Positions 50,010 through 61,189 of a stretch of DNA of 64,000 nucleotides are shown here, one piece after another. This DNA comes from Malacoraja senta. Taxonomy: Eukaryota. The notes below the pieces were generated by a model. The model had not been told where the DNA came from, ran no database searches, and was given only the letters and a program-made list of their open reading frames with translations. Every line of letters begins with the position of its first letter. Positions within the stretch are counted from its first letter, which is position 1. The position numbers and the translations under genes are program-made. The stretch spans positions 19,282,001-19,346,000 of the forward strand of contig CM075981.1 of the NCBI GenBank assembly GCA_038087875.1, given 5' to 3'.

Positions 50010-50780
50010 CCTCCTTCCCTCCCTCCCTCCCTCTCTCTCTCTCCCTCCCTCTCTCTCCCTCCCTCTCTCCTTCCCTCTATCCCACTCCTCCCTCCCTCCC
50101 TCTGAACCCCCTCTATCCATCCACTGTCTTACCCTCCCCTCTCTACCCCTCTCCCTCCCTTTTCACTGTAAAACTGATACGCAACTCACTCACCCTCCCT
50201 CTTTCCCTCCCTCACTTACTCCCTCACCCTCAATCTTTCTTTCCATCCCTCTCTCTCTCTCAGCCTCTCTCACTCCCATCTCCCTGTCTCCCTCCCTCCC
50301 TCCCTCCCTCCCTCCCCCTCTCTCTCCCTCCCTCTCTCTCTCTCCATCCCTCTCTCTCCCCCTCCCTCTCTCCTTCCCCTCCCTCTTTCTCTCCCTCCCC
50401 GCNNNNNNNNNNNNNNNNNNNNNNNNNNNNNNNNNNNNNNNNNNNNNNNNNNNNNNNNNNNNNNNNNNNNNNNNNNNNNNNNNNNNNNNNNNNNNNNNNN
50501 NNNNNNNNNNNNNNNNNNNNNNNNNNNNNNNNNNNNNNNNNNNNNNNNNNNNNNNNNNNNNNNNNNNNNNNNNNNNNNNNNNNCCTCTTGCTCCTCTCGT
50601 CTCTCCCACGCTCCGACCTCTCCCTCCCTTTCTCCCTCCCTCCCTCTCTCCCTCCCTCCCTCTCTCCATCCCTCTCTCCCCCTCCCTCCCTCTCTCTCCT
50701 CTTTCCCCCCTCCCTCTTTCTTTCCATCCCTTTCTCTCTGTGCCTCTTTCCCTCCCTCCACCTCTCCCTCCCCCTCTCCC
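50010..50780. repeat. CT-rich low-complexity tract containing an assembly gap
   Basis: Seen directly in the sequence. Confidence 0.9.
50403..50583. other. Assembly gap (181 N)
   Basis: Run of N. Confidence 1.
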
Positions 50781-51189
50781 AGCAGTGCTGGGGATGAGGG
50801 GGAATGGAGGAGGATAGGATAGGAAGAGAGATGGCGGGGTACTGGAAATATTACATGCAAAGTTATTAACTTTAACTTAACTTCTGCCGTTAGTGCGGGA
50901 CTGTCAGCCGATCATGCGCAGTTGGGGGCTTTGGCTCAGTGATGGAATATTGCATTGGAAGACCAGGCCTCCCATGTGACCACTTGCAAATTATCCCCAT
51001 CTGCCTATCAACAACCCCCCTATCCCGCCTTTGTCAATCTTTTACCTGCCGGGCTTTGTCCAGCCTTCCCCATTTCCACCTTTCTTCTCCCGCCCCTACA
51101 ATCAAGGATCTCGAACTGAAACATTACCTATCCATGTTCCCCAGAAATGCTGCCTGAACTGCTGAGCTACTGTTATACTGTTTAAAGCC

Positions 51190-52320
51190 CATGGCGCTGT
51201 GGCCAGTGGCGCTATATTTAAACCCCATAGCGCTGCAGTCGGGGGAGGAGGTGGTGTGTTTGGGAAGGGACAAATTGACCAGGGAGTTGTGGAGGGAACG
51301 GGTCTCTGCGGAAAGCAGAAAGGGGTGGAGATTGGGAAGAAGTTGACAGTAGTGGGATCCCGTTGGAGGTGGTGAAAGTGTTGGAGGATTATATGCTGTT
51401 TGCGACAGCTGGTGGGGTGTAAGGTGAGGACAAGGGGGACTGTCCTTGTTGTGAATGGGGGGGATGGGGAGCAAGAGCGGAGCTGCAGGATATCGGGAGA
51501 GCCTAGTGAGAGCCTCATCTATAGTGGAAGAGGGGAACCGCCGTTTCCTAAAGAAACGGCGGTGCAGATGCGGCATAGATTAACATAGAAACATAGAAAA
51601 ATAGGTGCAGGAGGAGGCCATTCGGCCCTTCGAGCCAGTACCGCCATTCATTGTGATCATGGCTGATCGTCCCCAATCAATAACCCATGCCTGCCTTCTC
51701 CCCATATCCTTGATTCTGCTAGCCCCTAGAGTTCTATCTATCTCTTAAATCCATCCAGTGATTTGGCCTCCACTGCCCTCTGTGGCAGGGAATTCCACAA
51801 ATTCACAACTCTCTGGGTGAAAAAGTTTTTTCTCACCTCAGTCTTAAATGGCCTCCCCTTTATTCTGTGGTCCCTGGTTCTGGACTCGCCCAACATTGGG
51901 AATTTTTTTCCTGCATCTAGCTTGTCCAGTCCTTTTATAATTTTATATGTTGCTATAAGCTCCCTCCTCATCCTTCTAAACTCCAGTGAATACAAGCCTA
52001 ATCTTCTCAATCTTTCCTCATATGACAGTCCCGCCATCCCAGGTATCAATCTCGTGAACCTACGCTGCACTGCCTCAATCACAAGGTTGTCCTTCCTCAA
52101 ATTAGGAGACCAAACCTGTACACAATTAAGGAATTGGGAGTAGATGATAGAGTCTTTACAGGAAGCAGGGTGGGAAGAAGTGTAGTCTCGATAGCTATTC
52201 GAGTCAGTAGGTTAGTAGTAGATGTCGGTCAACAGTCTGTCTCCTGTGATGGAGAGGGCAATATTCAGAAATGGTCGGGAGATGTCGGAGATGGTCCAAG
52301 TGAACCTGTTCCCTTGCTAC
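51190..52320 (-). mobile_element. Penelope-like RT fragment interrupted by a CR1
   Basis: FTWTISD...TDIYY.PTDS.SY.DYTSSHPASCKDSI.YSQFL, continuing as RRIC...FPSSTIDEAL after the CR1. Confidence 0.8.
51584..52124 (-). mobile_element. CR1 3' end with 5-bp TSD (ATTAA)
   Basis: ATTAA at 51579-51583 and 52125-52129. ORF 51738-52100. Confidence 0.88.
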
Positions 52321-52417
52321 AGCTACTCCAGCACTTTGTGACCTTTTCTGAATTAACCAGTGCCTGCAGTTCTTTGTTTCTACATTTTCACTGGAAACAC
52401 TTAAAAACAGCACTCAC

Positions 52418-52516
52418 TGATGATGCAGGTGATGACAGTGACTAAGATGCCAATCAGAAGCAGGACGGCTGCAATCGTGGCCCTCAGCCAACATCCACAG
52501 AGACATCTTCTCAACC
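52418..52516 (-). CDS. Transmembrane exon of CD2/SLAM-like gene 2
   Basis: Acceptor ccctctctttcaccag|, donor A|gtgagt, 99 bp, phase 1-1. Encodes (G)LRRCLCGCWLRATIAAVLLLIGILVTVITCII. The upstream intron is homologous to the intron after the gene 1 C2 exon. Confidence 0.78.
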
Positions 52517-52664
52517 CTGGTGAAAGAGAGGGGATCACTCATCAGAGACACTGCACTGGGCCTTGTTCACAAACTCAGCAAGAACTCGGGGCCCCCACCG
52601 TAGACTGACATCAAATAACTGTGACAGCGCTGTCCATTCACACACTCGCAGAGCATGGATAGAA

Positions 52665-54596
52665 CAATGCTGCAGAGTGCCTTGTCAAGATCAACGGTTC
52701 TTTGTTGGCCCCCATTTCACTTTGGGAGCGTGGTTTGTCAGGGATGTCCCATTTCCGGCCAGCTATATTCTATCTGTGTGGAGCCATTCCTGTGCCTCCT
52801 ACGGAGGCGGTTGGGCAGGCCTGGTTTTGCAGGGGCCGGGGGTGGAGGTGGTTCTCTCAGCCTACGCTGATGACGTTCTTCTAATGTTCACCGACCCTGT
52901 TGACCTGCGGAGGATGCGTGAGTGCCAGCAGGTGTTCTCAGCTGCGTCCTCCGCCAGGATCAACTAGGGGAAGTGTGCTGGTCTCTTGGTGGGTCGGTGG
53001 CAGGTGGACTCCCTGCCGGAGGAGATGGCAGTTTTTGCATGGAGCACCACGCACGTTCTCTATCTGGGGGTCTACCTGTGTCCCGCTGAGGGGGTGTGGC
53101 CGGCGAACTGGCAGGAGCTGGAGGCAAAAGTCGTCACCCGGCTAGGACGTTGGTCAGGCCTCCTTGGTGTGCTCTCTTACCAGGGGCAGGGCTGTGGTTA
53201 TAAACCAGCTGGTGGCCTCTCTGCTGTGGTACCGGCTGGCCACTCTGGTCCCGTCCTCTTTATTTATCACCATGATAGAGGAGATTGGACAACGTGTTCT
53301 GGGGTGAGAGGAACCACTGGGTCTCTGCTGGAGTTCTGAGTCTCCCTTTGGAGGAGGGCAGTCAGGCGCAGGTCTGTGTCCGTACCCAGGTGGTGGCTCT
53401 CCGACTCAGGACCCTGCGGAGGTACTTATACTCAGACTGCCCTCCTAGATGGCACGTGCTGGCGACGAACTTTTTCTGCCAGTGGCGCTGCCATCAGGAG
53501 GGCTCACAGCTCCCGGTAGCGAGCATGAGCTGACGCACTAGGAAGGAGTTGCCTGGCTTTTACCGTGACCTCCTGAAAGCCAGGAATTTGGTTACCTCCA
53601 GCCAGGGCACTGCTCCTCAGGGGGAGGGGGGTGTGGTGGCTGTGAGGGTGATTGGTCCTCACCCTGACATGGTGGGTGTAAGGGAGAGGCGTGTGTGTGG
53701 AGCGATTCCGGACGAGCTTACCCCCCCCCCCCGCTCCATTGGAATTGTTCATAGGACCCATGGGCCGGGTCCCTCCCTGAAAGCCGGCCACACGCAACAT
53801 GAGCCTCCTTTCCGAGATGCCCAGCTTGCCGTTCCATAATGCGGAGAGGGGCGTATTGTACAGGCTGCTCTTGCACATTCTCCACTTCCTCGCCCTCGTC
53901 TTCCGTCCGGACACGCCCTGGCGTTCCCTGTTACCACCTGCCGATGGGAGCGGTCCCCAGTGCGGGTCTCTCTACAAGGAAGTCCTCCCCCTTTACATCG
54001 GGGACCTGGGGTGGAGAGTGTTGCACAAAGCCGTGGCCTGCAACAGGTACTTGAGCCGGTTCACGGACTCGTCCGCTGCCTGTCACTTCTGCGGCGAGGA
54101 GGAGTCCGTGTACCATTTGTATGTACAATGTGAGAGGTTGCAGCTCCTGTTCGAGTATCTGAAGGGGCTGCACCTCAAGTTTTGGCTCCATTTTAGTCCG
54201 ACGCTCCTGCCTTTTGGGCACCCGGTATAGAGGGGGGAGGGTCGGGAGGAAGGAGGGGGTCTCCCTGTCGGTCTGCTCCTGGGCCTGGCCAAGATGGCCA
54301 TTCACGGGTCCAGGCAGCGGGTAGTCGATGGTCACACCATAGTCGGCTGCCTGCCCCTCTTCCGGGCCTATGTCCGTGCTCGCGTGTCCCTGGAGAGGGA
54401 ACACGCGGTGTCCACGGGGACACTGGAGACCTTCTGTGAACGCTGGTCACCGCAGGGGGTCGAGGGCATTGTAGATGAAGATGCCACTATTGTATTATAA
54501 TGATTGCCTGATGCAATGTGACTAGTGAACGTTTTGTACCTTCTGGTACACTGTAATATGCAATTACAGAATAAAGTCCTTGGAAGGAAAAAAAAA
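52665..54596 (+). mobile_element. Tx1-like LINE, 5'-truncated, inserted in the gene 2 intron
   Basis: QGCPISGQLYSICVEPFL, SAYADDV, GDLGWRVLH and CHFCGEEESVYHLYVQC, then AATAAA and an A9 tail. Confidence 0.88.
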
Positions 54597-54787
54597 GTGA
54601 AGCTCCCTCTGCACTATCTCAATGAACAGTTAAACCACCATATTCTTCAAACCTGATTCCCCCTCTAACACTCACCAGCACGTCTCTAACACGTCTCCAA
54701 CAGCCATGACCCACGAATGAGCCGATCCCAGCTCATTTCCACCCACCAGTTTAACTCTTCCCTCCCCATTCAGTTCAGCCAGTTGTT
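54597..54787 (-). pseudogene. Gene 2 remnant: fused intron-2/intron-3 sequence with the IgC2 exon deleted
   Basis: 54693-54787 (-) matches gene 1 13775-13870. 54597-54675 (-) matches gene 1 14224-14330, starting at the GTGAGT donor. Confidence 0.75.
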
Positions 54788-55287
54788 CCATGTCTCCAGT
54801 TCCATGTCTTTTGTAACTTATTAAAAACCTGAGGGTGATCCAGCTCAGAGCGGCCCTGAAACTGGCCAACAGTGCAGCCCTGGGACTGTGATGGGCACAG
54901 ACCCCAGACTGGGTAGCTTGCCGTGGTCCAGAGTGAATCCAGCACGTTTAGCTCCTGGATCACGTATTGTAGTAGGAACTTAATTGGTTGGGCAGGTGAG
55001 CTGACGGATGGTTAATGTAGTTCAGGTTTGGTCACCCTGCTACAGGAAGGTTGCTGTTCAGCTGGAAAGAGTGCAGAGAAGATTTACAAGAATGTGACCA
55101 GGATGTGAGGGCCAACGTTATAGGAGAGTTTGAGCAGGCTGGGACTTTATTCTTAGGAACACAAGAGGATGATGTGTATAATATACATCTTATAGAAGTT
55201 AAATTTAGTTTAGAGATACAGTGTAGAAACAGGCCCTTCTGCCCACCGAGTCCACACTGAACATATTCCTACGTTGTACAGAAATCC

Positions 55288-56578
55288 TACAATTTCTGGA
55301 TTCTCTCCCCATTTAGAAAATAGTCTACGCCCTTTATTCCTCCTACCAAAATGCATGATTCCACACTTTGCTACACTATATTCCATCTGCCACTTGTCTG
55401 CCCACAATCCCAAGTCCTTCTGCAGACTCCTTGCTTTCTCTACACTACCTGCCCTTCCAGCTATTTTCATATTATCCACAAACTTGGCCACAAAGCCTTC
55501 AATCCCCTCGTCCAAATAATTCATATACAACTTGAAGAGCGGCAGCCCCAGCACCAACCCCTGTGGAACTGCACTAGTCACTGGCAGCCTACCAGAAAAA
55601 AAACCTTTTATTGCCACTCTTTGTCTTCTGCCATTCAGCCAACCTGCTATCCATGCTAGTATCTGCCCTTTGATACTGTGGGCTCTCATCTTCCTTATCA
55701 GTCTCACGTGTGGCACCTTATCAAAGGCTTTCTGAAAATCTAAGTAAATAACATCTACTGACTCTCCTTTGTCTGTCCTGCTATTTACTTCTTCAAAGAA
55801 TTCCAGCAAATTTGTCAAGCAAGAATCTCCCCTTCACAAAGCCATGCTGACTTTGGCCTATTTTATCGTGAACTTCTAAGTATTCCATAACCTCAACTTT
55901 TATAATGGACTCTAAAATCTTACCAACCACCGGTCAGACTAGCCGAACTATAGATCCCACTATTCTGCTTTGCTTCCTTCTTGTGCAATAGGGTAATATT
56001 GGCAACTTTCCAATCATCTAGGACCTCTCCTGTCTCTAGTGATTCTTGAAAAAAAAGTACAATTGTAGGTCAGGAGGCAGAGATCAATCATGATTGAATG
56101 GCGGAGTAGACTCGATGGGCCGAATGTCCTATTTCTACTCCTATAACATGATCTTATGAAATATCACTGTCAATGCCTCCACAATCTCTAAAGCCACCTC
56201 TTTCAGAAGCCTAGGGTACAGTCCATCTGGGCCAGGTGACATCCACCTTCAGCCTTTTCAGTTTCCCAAGCACATTCTGCCTAGTAATAGCCACTCCACT
56301 AACTTCCAACCCCTGACCCTCTTGAATTTCAGGGACGTTGCTGGTGTCTCCCACTGTGTACACTGATGCAAAAAAGTTATTCAACTCCTCTGCCATTTCT
56401 TTATTCCCCATTATCACTTCTCCTGCATCATTCTCCAGTGATCCAACATCCACTCTTGCCTCTTTCTTACTCTTTATATAACTGAAGACAATCTAGTTTG
56501 GCTAGTTTACCTTCGTATTTCATCTTTTCTCCCGGTATTGCCTTTTTAGTTACCTTCTGTTGTTCTTTAAAAGCTTTT
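55288..56578 (-). mobile_element. CR1 RT fragment, interrupted by a short CR1-tail insertion
   Basis: ORF 55210-55818 contains YLDFQKAFDKVPH and QGLVLG. Confidence 0.85.
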
Positions 56579-56627
56579 TACTATATTCATCAATGATTTA
56601 GATGAAGGGATTCAAAGTAACATTAGC

Positions 56628-56827
56628 NNNNNNNNNNNNNNNNNNNNNNNNNNNNNNNNNNNNNNNNNNNNNNNNNNNNNNNNNNNNNNNNNNNNNNNNN
56701 NNNNNNNNNNNNNNNNNNNNNNNNNNNNNNNNNNNNNNNNNNNNNNNNNNNNNNNNNNNNNNNNNNNNNNNNNNNNNNNNNNNNNNNNNNNNNNNNNNNN
56801 NNNNNNNNNNNNNNNNNNNNNNNNNNN
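56628..56827. other. Assembly gap (200 N, true size unknown)
   Basis: Run of N. The round number suggests a placeholder. Confidence 1.
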
Positions 56828-57273
56828 CTTCAAAATCAAGTGATTGAGTTTTATTGCCATATACTCAAGCATAGAAACATAGTAAATAGGTGCAGGAATA
56901 GGCCATCGGCCCATCGAGCCAGCACTCCCTTCAATATGATCATGGCTGTTCATCTAAAATCAGTACCTTTCCTGTTTTTTCCCCATATCCCTTGATTTCG
57001 TTACCCCCAAGAACTAAATGTAACTCTCTCTTGAAAACATCCAGATTCAGAACTCTCTGTGTGAAGAAAGTTTGTCCTCATCTCAGTCCTAACTGGCCTA
57101 CCCTTTATTCTTAAACTGTCATCCCCTGGTTCTGAACTTCCCCCAACATCAGGAACATTTCTCCTGCAGCTACAGTAAGTGAAAATCTAGCAGGCAAGCA
57201 GGTTGCTTTATCCAATCACTCCCATTTAAAGTCCACTATCTTCCACCGTTTCTACCCAGTGCTTCGTACTTAC

Positions 57274-57525
57274 TTCCAGCAGCCATTGGTTGTCCTCCAG
57301 GATGCACCGAGCCGCAGCCTGATCCATGCCGGTTACCTGGGCGAATTTGCCACAGAGACCCTCATGGCAGCGGCGCAACGCTTCCAATGCCTGCAACGGC
57401 CCGGGACTTTTGCTCCATGGCCGGAGCTGCAGTAGGCGACGCCAGCCCGGCAAACACTTGCCAGCCCCGTTCCCCGTCCGCAACTGTCCCCGCCACTGCT
57501 TCTGCTTCCAACACCCAAGGTCCAT
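57274..57525 (-). CDS. TDP2: TDP2-like first exon (N-terminal UBA-like domain); gene fragment or pseudogene
   Basis: An ATG at 57525 opens 252 bp ending LCGKFAQVTGMDQAAARCILEDNQWLLE|gtaagt (phase 0). This matches the TDP2 pattern LC..FA.V...D.A.A.C.L..N.W..E. No further TDP2 exons were seen. Confidence 0.62.
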
Positions 57526-57544
57526 GCAGTTGATATGAGTTTTG

Positions 57545-57642
57545 AAATTTTCGTTGATAGAGCGTGAGAAATTTGTGGTCAGCGTGAGAATTTGGTGAAA
57601 TGCGGGATTCTCACGCTCAATGCATGAGAGTTGGCAGCCCTG
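57545..57642 (-). mobile_element. Terminus of a hAT-like DNA transposon
   Basis: Minus strand begins CAGGGCTGCCAAC, with subterminal GCGTGAGA repeats. The partner end was not found. Confidence 0.4.
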
Positions 57643-57644
57643 CC

Positions 57645-58580
57645 TCTCTATCCCTCTCCCCCTCTCTCTCCCCTCTCTCTGTCCTCCTCTCTCTCCCCCT
57701 CTCTTTCTCTCTCTCTTTCTCCCACCTCACTCTTCCCCTCTCCCTCCTCCCTTCTGCTCTCTCCTCTCCCCCCCACTCTCTTTCTCTCCTCTCTCTCCCC
57801 TTCACCTCTCTCTCTCCCCTGTCTCTCCCTCTCTCTCCTCTCACCCGCTCTCTCTCTCCCTTCCTCTCTCTTCTCTCTCCCCTCTCTCTCCTCTCTTCCT
57901 CTCTCACCTCACTCTCCCATTCTCTCTTGCCCCCTCTCTCTCCCCCATCCCCTCCCCTCTCTCTCTCCCCCCCTCTCTCCCCTCCCCCCCTCTCTTTCGT
58001 CTCTCTCCCTCCCCTCTCCCTCTCTCCCCCTCTCTATCCCTCCTCCCTCTCCCCCCTTGCTCTCTCCCCACACAATCTTTCCCCCTCTCTCTCACACCTC
58101 TCTATCTCCTCTCTCCTCCTCTTCCCCATCTCTCCCTACCACCTCACTCTCCCCCTTGCTCTCTCTACCCTTTCTCTCCTCGCTCTCTCTTTCTCCTCTG
58201 TCTATCTATTTCTCTTTGCCCCCTCCTCTTTCTTTCCCCCGTTTCTCTTTGCCCCTCTCTTCCTCTTCCCCCTCTCCCTCTTCCCCCTCTCTTTTACCAC
58301 CCCACTGTCTTCCCCCTCTCTCTACCCTTCTCTCCTACCCTCTCTCCTCCCTATCCACCTTCTCTCTCACTCCTCTCTCTTCCTATCTCCCCCTCACCCC
58401 CTCTCACTCTCTCCCTCCCTCTCACCCCCTCTCTCTTCCCCCTCTCTCCCACCTCACTCTCCTATCTCACTCCCACCTCCTCTCTCTCCCCATCTCTCTC
58501 TCCTCTCTCTCCCCATTCTCACCCCTCTCTCTCTCCCCGCCCCCTCTCCCTGTCTCCTTCCCCTCTCTCTCTCCCCCTCC
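57645..58580. repeat. ~0.9-kb CT-rich low-complexity tract
   Basis: Seen directly in the sequence. Confidence 0.95.
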
Positions 58581-58759
58581 GTTTGAGAATCTCTGTGCCG
58601 AATCAGGTTGCGGCACAACGCTTCCGACGCCTCCGACGGCCCGGGACTCTTGCACTGAGGCAGCTCCATGGCCGGAGCTGCAGTGAGCGACTCGCCAGCC
58701 CCGCAAACATCCGCCAGCCTGGCAAACACTCGCCAGCCCCGCAAAAATAAAAAAAATAA

Positions 58760-59530
58760 AAAATGACACAACACATTATAGAATTCAACATGAACGTCCC
58801 CCCACAGCAGAATCAAAATTTTCCACTGTGGGGAAAGGCACCAGAAGTTCAGTCCTCTTCCTCTGTGATCACCCGAGGTCGGGGCCTATTTGTGGCCTCC
58901 GCAGCCAGTCCGATGTTTTCAGGCCCTCTTGCCGGCAAGATGGAACTCCGACGTCGGGAGAAACACTCCTCAGCGGCTTGGAGTGTCTGGAACGGCCGCT
59001 CCCTCCCCGGAGACCGCGACTCCCGATGTCCACAGGCCGCGCTGGTCGGAGCTCCGTCTCCGCGGTGTTTTAAATCCAGCACCGCCCACGGCTGGAGTCT
59101 CCGCAGACCGCAGCTTCTCGATGTTGGAGTCGGCGGTCACAGCACTCCAGAGCTTACCGCACGGCGACCCGGTAAGGCATCGTCCGCTCCGTGACGGCGT
59201 TTCAGTGCTGCGCCGCCGCCGAAGCTGGGGATCTGGCCGGTCCCGACAGGAGACGCCACTCCAGTCCGATGGTAGGCCGGGAGGAAGGGGCGAAGAAGCA
59301 GCTCGGAGGGAAGCCGCCGCTCCGACCTGGTAGGGACTAGGAAATAAAGTTTCCCCCTTCCCCTCTCCCCACCCACCACATAAAAGAAGACCTCCAACAA
59401 ACATTTTTTTTTAGCAGGACTAAAAATAAAGATAAAAAAGGGTGAAAGGACGGACTGCAGGCAGAACAGCCATACACAACGGCGCCCCCCTCCTGCAGTC
59501 CGCCATCTTGAGAAAAGAGAGAGGGGAGAG
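58760..59530 (-). mobile_element. GC-rich dispersed repeat, same family as 15335-16305
   Basis: Shared blocks in inverted orientation. Confidence 0.5.
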
Positions 59531-60249
59531 AGAGAGAGGGGGAGAGAGAGAGGCGGGAGAGAGAGGCGGGAGAGAGAGAGGGAGGGGAGAGCGGAGTGGA
59601 GAGCCATGTCTCTGAGAGCCGCCTATCTGCTTTGCTGCCTATCCGCTTACTCGCAAGCCGAGCGGCCGCCACACGTTTTGGGCTGTGACTTTGAGGATAG
59701 ATCGCAGCGGGGATATAAACGGAAAAGTAAATGATGGCTAAGTTTGAAGAAGAAAAGAGAAGGGAGAGAGCAGTGAGGATTTTCAAATTCAAAAATAAGC
59801 AATTTTGTAAAAATTAATTGTTTAATGTAAATTAAAGAAAAACAATTTCAGTTGTCTAAATCAGTGGATCAAATAAGCGAAGTTTTTAAACAGTTATGCA
59901 ATAATCTTTTAAAAAATAATTATTCAAGTATAAATAAATATTGAAAAAATCGTCTATGTTTGAAAAAAAAAGAAAAGCGTTTACCTTTTGAAAATAGTGT
60001 AAATCGAAATATTGAATGAAATCAAAAAATAAAAAGATTTTCAAAACAAACGTGTCAAATGAAAAATTAAAAAATGGCAAAAATCCAGCGTTTAGATCGA
60101 ACTGGATTGTAAAAGTCGGAATTCGACCTTCGTTGTCGAGAAACTAAGTCCGAATGACCATTGGTGAAGAATGTTCTGGAAAAGGGTTCCCAGCAGGCAA
60201 TGCGAGCGAGCTGGAAATAACAGGCATCAACAGCTGAGGGGAGGTGGAT

Positions 60250-60420
60250 TGGGCGGGAGCGATCGTCGACAGTTGTTCGGGGCGGGAGCAAGCGTTGACA
60301 GTTGGTCTGGCCAGGAGAGTGCCTCGACAGTTGGTCGGGCCGGGAGCGAGCGTTGACAGTTGGTCTGGCCAGGAGAGTGCCTCGACAGTTGGTCGGGGCA
60401 CCCAGGAACAATCGTCGACT
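60250..60420. repeat. Minisatellite of ~29-bp units (58-bp higher-order dimer)
   Basis: GGGAGCGAGCGTTGACAGTTGGTC alternates with GGCCAGGAGAGTGCCTCGACAGTTGGTC. Confidence 0.8.
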
Positions 60421-60998
60421 GCAGGATCGTGCGGTTAACGGACGTTGACAGGGGTGAGTGGGAGGGGGGGTGGTGGAGGGAGCTGACGTCGGGCGGGAGC
60501 GAGCGTTAACAGTTGGGGTTCATGAATAAGCGAGGATCAGCAGCTGGACGGCCGAGCGTTGACTGTTGGGGGGGGGAGGCGGGCGGTTAATGGGCATTGA
60601 ACAATTGATTGAGTGTACGGGCGAGAATGGTTGGCAATAGTTTGACCATACAGTTCATGGGGGGACACAGCTGGGGGGGCGGTGTGGACGGTTGATGGGC
60701 GTCGACAATTGAGAGGGCGTGAGCGAACGAGCGTCGATAGTTGGGTCGGCGGGAGGTTAACGGGCGTCAAAAGTTGGGGCCGTGCAGGGGTGCGACAACA
60801 GCTGGCGCCGGACAGGCGGGAGGTTAATGGGTGGGGGGGTTAACGTCGACAGGGAGGGGGTAGAGAGGGGATACTTACAAGTTTATAATAACTGAGTTTT
60901 GGGGCGGGTTGTGGGCGGAGAGAGTCGCAATGGCCGTTATGTTGATCACGTGGTCACGCGCTTTGACACAGGCGGTGGGGGGCCGGGCTGGGGCTTGA

Positions 60999-61189
60999 GC
61001 AAAGGCGTATGTAAATGAGATCCATTGCGATTGGCCATCTGTGAGGGATGGCATTGTGACATCACACAATGGAACGTGCTGCAACATCAAGCGGGGTGGC
61101 GGGGCTGGTGCAAAGGCATATGTAAATGAGATCCATTGCGATTGGACATCTGTGAGCATTGGGCATTGTGATATCACACGATGGAACGT
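60999..61189. repeat. Two ~79-bp direct repeats (period 111)
   Basis: GCAAAGGC.TATGTAAATGAGATCCATTGCGATTGG...ATGGAACGT at 60999-61077 and 61110-61189. Confidence 0.85.

Noticed and set aside
49440-50975. Possible non-autonomous Helitron
   Set aside because: The start resembles such elements from memory, but I could not find a 3' hairpin or CTRR end, and a gap interrupts it.
57274-57525. Functional link between TDP2 (phosphotyrosyl repair) and the DIRS tyrosine recombinases
   Set aside because: Only a UBA-like exon is present with no catalytic domain, and it lies 18 kb from the nearest DIRS. Proximity is not evidence.
57600-58750. Long Ser/Leu/Pro- or Glu/Arg/Gly-rich ORFs (also 49901-50860)
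   Set aside because: Artefacts of CT-rich low-complexity DNA and N runs.
60250-60420. CRISPR-like array
   Set aside because: The units are contiguous degenerate repeats without unique spacers, there are no cas genes, and the context is vertebrate.
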